NCBI GenBank assembly: GCA_046563655.1
Contig: CM102288.1
Span: 2,542,001-2,606,000 of the forward strand
Length of the DNA: 64,000 nucleotides
Direction of reading: 5' to 3'
Origin: Yuukianura sp. NJ FZ-2021
Taxonomy: Eukaryota
Part shown: one piece after another, positions 1 through 11,081 of the stretch
Layout: the number at the start of each line of letters is the position of its first letter
How positions within the stretch are numbered: position 1 is the first letter of the stretch
The notes under the pieces: model-generated
Seen by the model: the letters and a program-made list of their open reading frames with translations, nothing else
Databases searched by the model: none
Told to the model about the DNA's origin: nothing
Program-made: the position numbers and the translations under genes

Positions 1-156
1 CCAATCAATGGAACCCAGTACAACAACGTTTGCGCGCGTAAAGAGAGCTTAGCTCAAGAAAAGAAAAAAGTTTTAAATGTGAATTGGTTAATACTAATGT
101 GAGATGGAGGTGTCAATTAGTACTGATTAACTTCTCGTGCTAACACTTGAGTGAGG

Positions 157-3029
157 TTAAGATTTGATTTTGGGAAAGCCAGTTATTTGTTTCTTTTCTT
201 CTTTTCTCTTTTGGGCCATCACTTTCTTTCGCAGATGTTCCTTGTAGTCTAAAATTCCACTTTCCCATTTCGTTACAGTTCCTTTTTCACAAACCCAAAT
301 TTCGTTTGCCACCTAAACCCAAAAAATTGTTCAAAATTTTGATTTTCACAACACCAGTTTGAACGCAGTCAGCTTAAGAAATTGTTCTTTTTTCTCACCT
401 GAGAAATTAGACGAAAGTCGTGAGAAACAAGAACCATACCACCTTCAAAGTTTGCAATTGCATCGGCCAAGGCATCAATTGTTTCAATATCCAAATCTAT
501 CAATCACAAAGTTAAAATCAATTGCGTCAATTTGATTTTTTTTTAGTTTGTAAACTTACGATTCGTCGGTTCGTCCAGAAGGAGCAAGTGAGGAGCTTGT
601 TGTGATATCCAAGCAAAGACAACACGGCATCGTTGACCATCGGAGAGTTGACGAATAGGACTCACCTAGAAATGACATGCACCAGAAGTTTCAACATTAC
701 ATCTACATGCTGTTTGTGGTGAATTTGTTGACGTGACTGGCGTGATTAATGATTAAAGGAATGATTAATGATTCTCACCTGCTGTTTTCCTGACAGTCCG
801 TACCGTCCTACGATTCTTCTCATCTCTTCCCGTTCTTTAATTTCTGGGAAGCACTTCATCATGTAGTCGAGTGGTGAAAGATCCAAATCAAGAAGTTCAT
901 GGAGATGCTGATGGTATCGGCCGAAACGAAGATGAGAGTTCTTGCGGATCATTCCTTCAGTAGGGACAATCTACGAGAAACAAAACATATCAAGTGAACT
1001 GTATGGCAAACATTCTGCTGAATTACTAAATTGAACTTACGTCACCGTAGAGTAGTTTCAGCAGGGTACTTTTTCCAGCTCCGTTCGGACCGACAAGAGC
1101 CAACCTCGTATCCAAATCAATTCCGAATTCTAAGTTTTTGTAGATCCACGGAGACTTGTCATTGTACCGAAAACTGACATTTTGGACCATAATCACTGGA
1201 GGCGGAACTGAAACCAAGAAGTATACATCACAAATTAACTTTTTACTGAATGTTTCTGTTTGAGTTTAGACGTTCTTACTTGTGCCACATGATGGAAAAT
1301 AAAATGAAACAGTTTTATCAGCTGTGACTTTTTCGGCCAATCCACCGGCAACCATTTTGGCCAAAGTTTTCTCTTTGGACTGTGCCTGACGAGCCAATTT
1401 GGCGGATCCGTGTCCAAATCTAGCAATGTAGTTCTACACGACAACAAAAACCAGTAATTAGTACTAAAAAGTATTTCAATAAGCATTCAGCATCAGCATG
1501 CACCTAGACATTCTTTGTGTCTTGTCATGCAGAATCAGGTTCGCTTCGGGTGAGTTATGAACATTCGATCTCGAATTCAGTTCAAATGAAGGTCAACTGA
1601 ATAAATCCGAAAACTTATTGCAGTCGGCACATTCACTTCTTGAAGATCGAGACCGTATTCATCGGCCTCTTAGTTCATCATTTATGCACACACAACTACT
1701 TTTCATAACTACTAAAATTGAATCCATGTTTCCGTACCTTCATGTGAGCAATCTGATCTTGCTCCCAGTTGAACTGCTTCATTTGATTCTCCAGCAATTC
1801 CAGTCGAGTTTGAACGAATTGATCATAATTTCCCTAAGAAAGGAAAATTATTAGACTTTGTGAAATTTTCTGGTGCAGATTGAAGGTGACTTACTCCATA
1901 GTATTTCAGTTTTTTCTTGTCCAAGTGGATGATATTAGTACAAACTCCGTTCATGAAGTCCTGCGAATGGGAAATGATGACCAGGATTCGCTTGTAAGTT
2001 TTCAGTTCCTCCTCCAACCAGACACAGGCATCAAGATCCAGATGGTTGGTAGGTTCGTCCAATAGAAGAAGATGTGGGCTGACATACCTGAAAGAAAACG
2101 TGGACAATTAGCATTCAAGTTTACTTGGACATGGTAAGACAAAGCTAACGAATCTTACAATGCTTTGGCCAAGGCAATCCGCATTCGCCAACCTCCGCTG
2201 AAATCTTTGCATTTCTTCTGCTGCATCTCCTTAGTAAATCCAAGACCATGTAGAATTCGACCGGCTCTGACCTCAGCAGTATCTGCACTCATGTCATCCA
2301 AACGCTCATAAACTTCCATAAGCTGCTGCTGCGACTCGTCATCTGTAGCTTCAACCAGTTCTTCAGCCAATTTCTCCAGCCGTATCCTCTCCTCATCGAC
2401 TTCCATGACACAGGTAAGAGCAGACTTATCACTGGCAGGAATTTCACGAGTCAGATAGTAAATATCAATGATGTCTGGAATCGGGACTTCACGGTTTCCG
2501 ATAACAGAAAGTAAAGTTGACTTCCCAGCGCCATTGGCTCCGATCAAACCATAACGTCTTCCACAGTTGAGTTCAAGATGTGTGTCTTGTAACAGTTCAG
2601 TTCCGTGAAACGTTATTGAGAAATTATCAATCTTCACATCACGACTCCTCGGATGAATTCCCAAGACACCGGTACAGCCTCTCGCTTCTGCGCTGATCTT
2701 CGCTTCAAGGTCCAGCTTCATACATAGCAATTCTACAGTAAGTTCATCACGATTAGTTTGACGTAAAAAGAAGTGGAACTCCTAAGCAAGTAAAAGTAAG
2801 CGTAACTATGTTCGGAAAATTTACCTTCTGGACTGGCTCCCTGAGGTTCTGCAGATCCGTCTCTGCTGTGTCCATTACTAATGCCATTGGCCGTTCCATT
2901 TCCGTTGACCTGAGCTTGACCTTCCGTTTGATCTTCTTTTGTCGCCGCATTCTTTTGACCCGGTTTATTTTTCGCCTTGGCCGCTTGTTTCTTTTCGAGA
3001 TCTCGTTTCTTCTTTGCGTCAGACGGCAT
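157..3029 (-). CDS. ABCF2: ABC-F family ATPase ABCF2 (10 exons: 3029-2825, 2732-2159, 2087-1895, 1833-1738, 1433-1280, 1207-1041, 970-779, 665-560, 496-399, 312-157)
   Basis: N-terminus MPSDAKKKR; two ABC cassettes ([62 protein letters not shown]); no TM segments; all 9 introns GT-AG with compatible phases; TAA at 159-157. Confidence 0.96.
1483..1687 (-). ncRNA. Candidate intronic box C/D snoRNA/scaRNA in ABCF2 intron 4
   Basis: Sense to host: box C ATGATGA (1681-1675), terminal box D CTGA (1490-1487), flanking GCAT/ATGC terminal stem, internal CTGA (1538-1535), long internal hairpin; the intron (304 nt) is about 3x longer than the other ABCF2 introns. Confidence 0.7.
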
Positions 3030-3959
3030 CCTTAGGTGATTCGCGAATGAAAATGGACTAAAATATATAAAAACGCACTAAAAGTAGGTTCAATTAATAC
3101 AAAATTAATTAGATATCGAACAGTCTGTTGTTTACAGCTTTGGAAGCTGACTCGAAAGGAAAAATACTAGCAAAAATGATTCACACTGCGACCCAGACGG
3201 AACGGATAAGAAAAGCACACAAAACTCCACTGCAAAAAAAAAATTTAAAACCACAGAAATTTTGCCATGCAGTGCAAAAGAATTCAAATTTCCCGCAAAC
3301 TCTAAATTCAAGTTTCACTTTTGTAAGAAGGGAAAAAATGTACAAACAATAGCAACAATTTCACTATTGTCCAACACAATCATTAAATTGTGCTCTGTTT
3401 AAATTCTCCAAAAGCTAAAAAGCTAAAAGTCATAGCCCAATCAAAATTAGTTTTTAAGTTAATTAATTGAAAATCACATTTTATTTTAACAGAGCCGTGA
3501 TTTACCATTCACCAACAATTCGTCCTACACAGAAGCTTACAAACTGCAAAGAAATTTAATTAATGTAATCTTTAATAAAGGGATAAATTTAGTGAAATGG
3601 CGTTTCAGTTTTGCTTTCACATTTTCCAAAAATGGTCAAAAATTTAAAATTTGACCTTTGACATCCTTGACATTTTCACAGACGAAACAAAAACAAGTTT
3701 TTCTTTGTCAGTTTCTCTCCACTTCCAAATATAGTCATTTTCATATCCAATTTGAGTGTATGTCAATTGTCCAAACGTGGAATCTTTGACCTAGAATTGT
3801 AAAGTTCAAGACAAAAATGTTCCTTTTTACCAGAAGTGAAAATTGCAAGGTTACCAAGATGCAATTTGTTTTTGTAAGTAAGGTGTGAGCCAAGGTAAAT
3901 AGAATACTACTAGGTAGTGCGGATAGAAAGTTTGTTTGGTTGCCATGTGGAAAAAAAAA

Positions 3960-4100
3960 TGACGTCACCCGCTGAAAAATACCGGAATTCTGCGTATTAA
4001 TGATGGTGTCCTATAGAAACCCGCAAACCGCATTTTGTTTACATTGATGCCAGCGGGTTAAAATATCGCAATTACGGTATTTTTTCAGCTGGTGACGTCA
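3960..4100. repeat. ~40-bp imperfect inverted repeat bounded by two TGACGTCA (CRE) palindromes in the ABCF2/ALP divergent intergenic region
   Basis: TGACGTCACCCGCTGAAAAATACCGGAATT (from 3960) vs reverse complement of the arm ending 4100 (TGACGTCACCAGCTGAAAAAAATACCGTAATT). Confidence 0.75.
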
Positions 4101-4821
4101 CAAACAAAAAATTGCGTTGGTTGCTAATGGTGCTGATTGCAGGGGGCTGGGTGTGAGCAACTTTTCCTTTTAGCTAATTAGCAATTCTAAAGTCTTAATT
4201 TCTCCATTGACTTTATAAGTTGGGAATTATCTTACTTTTTATGTACTTTCGAGGGATCGAGGGCAGTAGGCAGGAAGTTCCTTAAATTGCGGTTCTGTTT
4301 CACTTCCCTTGCGATTTTCAGTTAAATTTCCACCTTTTTTCACTCTTTCTAAAACTTTGGTGCAAAAATCCAAAATTTTAGTACAAATAAAACAACATTT
4401 TCCACAAAAGATTTACAATTTGGTATCAGCGCAGAACGATCTCACCTTTTTCAAAAACTTAACTTTTTTTTGTTTCAAAGTCCTCAGTTTAGACCAAAAT
4501 TACTTCGTATTTGAGTTTTTCTTTGAAATTTTGAAAAACTAGTGAATCATTGCTTCATTTTTACAACCTTTTCAGAAATAGTTTTTACATTTTCAGTCAC
4601 GAAGTCAGAGTGAGTGGGATTTGCGTTGTGAAGGTTGTTTAAAAAGTGCTTAGAAAATAAGAAAAGTAGCCAAAAAATTTCAAAAACATCAGAAATACAG
4701 AAAATCGGGAAACATTTTTTGTGAAATTTTCAGCTTGTAAGACAAAAGTTTAGGTGAAAGTGAATTAGTTGGAATTAGAATTTCAGAAAACAGACTCATA
4801 GAAGTGTGTAATTCGCAGAAA

Positions 4822-7800
4822 ATGTCCAATTACGAACTTTCTCTTGTGCTAATCATCTCAATTACGACTTTCACTGCAATTACTTCAATTGAGAGTCGTT
4901 CTGCGAGATACCTCAATAAAATTGAAGGTAAAAGTAATTAAGAAGGAATCACACATGGCAACGGGGTGTCTCATTTCGCCTCAAATTAATTAACTTTAAG
5001 GTCTAATTAGAATTCACAGGTATAACGTAGAAATGTGTACAAGGGCTCTAAAAATTCGTCTTTATCTGTAGAATACAGAGCAGTAATCGGAATTTCAATT
5101 TTTGTTGCAAAATGGTACTAAAAATTGAATACAAAGTTCAATATTTTCTAAGCGTGGAATGATACAAAAATTCGGGAATTTGGTCACGGCGACTTAAGCG
5201 CCATGGTCTTCCGGATTTTTAGACACCTCAAACGCATTTCTAGGTCTTATAATGAACATCTAATTAGCCAAAGTAGATGAAATTCTGCAGTAATTTACAA
5301 ATTTGCAAATGTCGGCACTGAAATTAGCCGTCTCTATGGGAACACGTTGATTGTTTTGTTCCAGCTTAGTTGATATGTTGTACTGTGGAAAACTTTGACT
5401 AGTCAACCATTCGAAACAGTGCCGACTTTTGCAAGTTTGAGCAGTGATTTTGCTTTGTTACTAACGGCAATGGCTGACACCAAATCGTAAACAAACGCTG
5501 CCTCTTACCCGTCCTTAACTACTCCAAAACAATTAGAATGTTAATCAACTTTTAGTTACAATAGAACCTAAAATTAAAACTTTTGCTAAAAAGTAAAAGA
5601 CAAAAGTTAGCGAGCTTGGAGAGCCAAAATTTAAAATAATTAAAGGAAGTCTGACATTTTTCAAATTTGATTTCGAGCTTTTTGAAAAGAGAGAAAATGG
5701 AAAATTTTCAAAAGAAAGTAATTGAACATGAGGAGCTAAAACTTTCATCTTCTTCGGTTGTTGTCTGCAGTGCAACAGAAGTACGAAAAAAGTAAACTAG
5801 ACAAAAGTAAAAGTTAGGAAAAGTTTTAATTAATTACGTTCCAGAAGAAGCTCTTGGAACACCAAAAAAATAAAATTTTGGAACAGTTTTCGAAGACGAT
5901 TAAAATTCAGAAGCTGGTCTCATCTTCAATTAAATTCTGATCAGAAAGTTTTAAAAGTTAAAAAGGTTTGCGGACGAGTGAGCTTTTCAAGTTGTTCCAT
6001 TTCCAGTTTCCTCAAATTCACAAATTTAGTTTCTAAAAGAACTATTTTCTAAAAAGCTTTTTTTTTACAAAAGTTACAAAAAAGATTTGTGTTCTTTCGA
6101 AATTTCTGAAATTCTTCGTCTGCTCAAAATGGAAAAAAGAATATTCATAAATCAGAGGCTTTTTGAACAGAGACAACACAAGAGTAGAAGGATTTAATAA
6201 AATATGTAAAACTTTTTCTTTTTCCAAATTCTCAACTTTTTTCGGTTTTCCGAAATCTTTTTTTTTTCGGTTCGCTTGGAAGACTTTGATGACTGGATGC
6301 ATTCATTCAAACCAAATCTAAAATTTAGAGCTGGAACAACTAAGGCTGAAGGTAAGCTTCCTGCTATCAACTATTTTTTCTTCCCAAATCCTAAAAAGTC
6401 TCGGTTGCTTTGAAAATGCCCGAATCCGGGTATTACGCAGTCCATTTCCTTGTTTTTGTTACAATTTCGGTGAGTTCTGGAATGCTCTTCGTGGAATGGA
6501 AGCTGGAAATGGAACAGTTGCATAAATCATGACCTTTCAACCATGTTTTTGTTCCTTTTTTGTGTAGATGCAAAGTTTTGGTACAATTCAGCACAGGAAG
6601 ATCTCAGTGACAAACTTGGAGAGACGCTGATACAGCGACAAGCTAAAAATGTCATCTTCTTTTTGGGTGATGGAATGTAAGATCAAAGTTTTAAAATTTT
6701 CATAACAAATTCTTTAAAAAACATAACTTTTCCCATATTCTGGGATTTATGACACGTAGGTGACCTTTTCCTTGAAGGTCACGTAAATTATGAAATGCAA
6801 ATTTCGAAATTTCAAAATTGAGTTTCTTTTTTCATGCCCAGGTCACTTCCAACAGTAACTGCTGCTAGAATTCTGAAAGGTCAACTGGAAGGACTGCCTT
6901 TCGGGGAAGAGGCGCAACTAAATTTTGAAAAATTCCCGCACATTGGTTTGTCCAAGGTAAAACCTAACTTTAATAAGGCTATTTTTCAGCTTACTTAACA
7001 ACAGGGCACGAAATTTCAGAGGTTCGCTGACCTTTGACCTCTGATTTTTTTTTGTCTTAGACTTACTGTAGTGACAGCCAAGTAGCCGATTCTGCCTGTT
7101 CTGCCACAGCCTACCTTTGTGGTGTAAGTTTTAGAACTTTTTGAAAAAGTTGGAATTTCACTTATGTTTTTTTTTTGAAAATTAATTGAATTGAAAATGA
7201 AATTGAATTTGTAGACGAAAGGAAACATTGCCACAATTGGAGTGAGTCCTGCTGTCAGTTTCAGAGACTGTGCTGGACACATGAATAGCAGTAATCATGC
7301 TCATTCCATCTTGGCTTGGGCTCAGGTCAGTTCACATTTAACTTTTCAAAATTAAAAAAGAAACTAACTTTTCAATCAACTTTTCAAAAAGGTTCAATTC
7401 TTCAAAAAAAGCGGGTTTCCTATGGCAGTTGCAAAATTTTCCTTAGAAAGATTCAATTTTTGAAAAATGTTCAATTTGAGGACGATTTGATCGCCTTTTT
7501 TGTGCGTCTTTTTCTGTAAATCTTTTTTCCAATTTGCTCAAGAAAACTCCCGTCAATCTTTTTTTATTCTCCGTCAATGGTTTCGCTTATTTCTGCAACT
7601 GAGAAAACTTTGAACGGAGCTTCAAAAGTTTCTAATTTTAGTTTTCTAAAAAAGTTTCTATTTCAAATGAAAATTGTCTAAAAATATCTTATTCAAAAAC
7701 ATTTTTAATAAAAACACAAACAGGCTGCTGGAAAATCCACCGGAATTGTAACCACAACCAGAATTACGCATGCCAGTCCAGCAGGTAGCTAAAAGAAATT

Positions 7801-10142
7801 TCAAAAATTTACAACAAATTTTTTTTTGTCAAGAACTGCAATTTTTTTTATCTAAAATTTCTCTTTCTAGGCGCTTATGCTCATATATCCGACCGTGATT
7901 TTGAAAATGACCAAATTATTCGGTAAATTTATATTGTTGTGCTTCAACACCGTTGAAAATTTATATTATTTTCACTTTGTTAAAAAAATTTGAACCTGAC
8001 TTTTATTTCAAGCGGCGTTTTTGTTTATTTTTACTTTTCTCAGATCTGCCGGTGAAAATCCTGATACTTGTTCGGATATTGCCGAACAGTTGATTCTGAG
8101 CGACCCTGGAAGGAACATTAACGTAAAATTTAGCATAATACGGCTTCTAAACATCATTTAACAGTCAGAGGTCAAAGGTCAACTTTGGTCCAAAGGTAAT
8201 TCTTGGTGGTGGACGACGTGAGTTGACCCCCAAGACAACTCCTGACATTGAGACGAAACAGGCAGGAAGACGCGGAGATGGAAAAAATTTAATTTCAATG
8301 TGGAAGGATTTGAAGAAAAAAGCAAAAGCCAAGTACGTTTCAAATCGGGATGGACTCATGGCCATCAACGCATCAGAAATCGACTACCTCCTCGGTAACT
8401 TCAAAATTTCAAAATGTCAAAATTTTCAAATTTTGGAGAGAAAAAACATGTTTCTGAAAAATGAAAAATTGTTTTTCAGGCTTGTTTTCATATGATCACA
8501 TGGACTACGGTAAGACACACAAAATTCATCATTGAGCTTCTGCGCTTTTGTGTAACTGTTGTAAACAGGGAAAGTATTTTATGTAAATCTTCACTCAAAG
8601 CTTTGATTGGCGTCTGGCCTTTGACTTTTGAAACGAAGAATGTCCATCCATTCTAATTCAATTCTAACCTTAACCCTAACCTAAATGTTAGGTTTTGGTT
8701 GGAAGTCGAGGTTCTCCTAATGTTCAATTTTATTTTGTGACCTGGACAGTGATGGACGCTGATGCTTCGGCGGATCCCAGTTTGCCTGAAATGACCAAAG
8801 TGGCAATTGATGTGCTCTCGAAGAACCCTAAGGGCTTCTTCCTGTTCGTTGAGGGTAAGAGAGTCCTTGCAGGACCATGCTGGAAGTGTCCCATTAGTCA
8901 AGGGCCCCTGTCACTTAATTCCTCTCTGTCTGTCTCTTTCAGGTGGACGGTAAGTATAGTGCCCACTTTCTCTCCTCTTCCTTGTCCATTCACAACTTTC
9001 TCTTTCAGAATCGACCATGCTCACCATTCCACCAAGGCTCAAAAGGCTCTCGTAGAAACCATTTCCATGGACGCTGCAGTTGGTACGCATTCAAAAATGC
9101 ATTCATGATTCATAAAAAAAAATCCAAAAATTTCAACCAAAAAATCTAAGTGCATCTTGTGAATTTTTTACTTTCACTCCAAACTGCATTTCTTGCACTC
9201 AAAAATTCACAAACTTTCACTTTTGAATTTAGCCACTGCAGTTGACATGACCAAGGAACAGGAAACACTCATCGTCGTAACTGCAGATCACGCTCATGTC
9301 ATGAACATCAGTACGTCCAGAAATTTCAAAATTTCAGAAAAAAAAAATTCAAAATAAGAAAATAAAATCAAAATTTCGAATTATGTCTCCCTAGATGGAT
9401 ACCCTCAGCGTGGAAATCCAATTTTGGGTTTCGCCGGCATCTCTGACATGGATGATCTTCCGTACACAACTCTCACGTATGCCAATGGTCCAGGCTACAA
9501 ACATCCAGAAGAAAATGGAGAAAGATATGATCTCACCAATGACAATCTAGGTACACGTTTAGCATAAACTAATTAACTTACCTCATTCTAGTCTGACTTA
9601 CACTAACTAATCTAATCACTTTCATCCTAACATGACTCAATTAAAAGTCTCCGACCCTTGACCCTGACTTTTCCTGAAGCACTTTCTCTTTCCATAGTAG
9701 TTCCAGGAATACTCCAAAATGTCAAGTTTTCTTCTAATTTAATGAAACTTTGAAGAGAGCCTTCATAGTTTTTGAAACTCTATTTGAAATTTCACTTTTT
9801 GAACTTTTCAAAGTTTCCGTGTCCTTAATTAGAGTTAAGTTGAAAAGAATTCAAGTTTTACAGAAACACTTGTTCTAAAAAACACTTTTCAAAAAATTTC
9901 ACTTTTCAAAAAAAGTTTTCACTTTTTCACTTTCTCTTTCTCTCGTATTTCCAGAACATCCTGAGTACATGCAGATGACCGGAGTTCCACTGCAGTCCGA
10001 GACACACGGAGGTGACGACGTTGTGATCTACGCCAGGGGGCCCTTTGCCCATCTCTTCAACGGAGTCCATCAACAGTCGTACATTCCTCATGCCATGGCT
10101 TATGCCGCATGCCTAGGAAACGGAAAGAAGTTCTGCTCGTGA
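4822..10142 (+). CDS. Alkaline phosphatase, signal peptide, no C-terminal GPI signal (about 17 exons)
   Basis: Spliced motifs: [22 protein letters not shown] signal peptide; [27 protein letters not shown] (catalytic Ser); [52 protein letters not shown]; ends [18 protein letters not shown] (10140-10142). The first two small exons (4822-4927, 6283-6351) are less certain. Confidence 0.93.
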
Positions 10143-10170
10143 CCTTCGACCTTTGACCTAAGTCGCTGCC

Positions 10171-10176
10171 AATAAA
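10171..10176 (+). promoter_or_regulatory. Polyadenylation signal AATAAA of the alkaline phosphatase gene
   Basis: AATAAA about 30 nt after the stop codon. Confidence 0.6.
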
Positions 10177-11081
10177 CATATTCTACATCGCTACTAAGTT
10201 ATCATTTCGTTACACTTTCATCTTATATAAAACTAACCTTACGGAAACACACAACGTAAAACGAGAAATTAAAACCAAGAATTTCTAAGTTCTCAGCAAC
10301 GAAACAAGAAAACGAGCGGGACTCAGGTGAATTTTTTTGAGGTCATCTGAAGTTTTCTTTTAGGCTACGACGAATTAGTAAATTTTTGGTAAAAATTGTT
10401 GATTTTTGGTTTGTTAAGTAATGTTTTCTGGGAAAGCTTGTGCGATTAAGTTAGTTTGGCGTGGAAAGTTACTTGTTAGTTGTTATGTTGAGCAGACTAG
10501 GACAGATTATGGTTTGTGTCGTACAAAAGTCAGATCGATGTTAATTGCATGACAGTTCCGAGAAGGGAGCTTGAGCAAGGTAGACACAAAGGAATTTTAA
10601 TCTAAGTGGAAAATTGGGCAAGGTGGTGAAAGTGAGGAAAGTAACCATAATTGCTCTCCGTTTCCAATTAATTTCCGCTCTTCCAATCAAGCTCTCAGTT
10701 CCAACTTAATGAAAAGACACAGTTTGTTTCCAGAGCTTTGCTGAAAGACGGGTGGCACAATGGCTATTGCAAAGACTAAACCAAAGTACTTGCAAGTTCC
10801 AGCAGGCATGGACAGCATTTCAATTAGACTGAACTGAACCTAATGCTGTCTAATGTCAATAGAGAAAGCAATATATGGTTAGGTTAGGCTTGACCCCCCT
10901 CAGGCTCCAAGCTCGAAATAAAAAACGGAGGAAGTGATTGACTTCCGCCCAGTCGTCACCTTCACTCGATCTAAAAAGTAACACGGAGAATCACGTTGAA
11001 CCAGAACCAGTGGCGGGTCAATGTGCCCAGAACCACGGGTCAACTTTGACCACGTCTGACGTTGCAGTGAGACCGGGTATA

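Noticed and set aside
10760..10937. Upstream ATG (MAIAKTKPKYLQVPA) as the first coding exon of GC1
   Set aside because: It needs a weak GC donor, and joining to the acceptor at 10903 meets an in-frame TGA at 10935; not supportable without cDNA.
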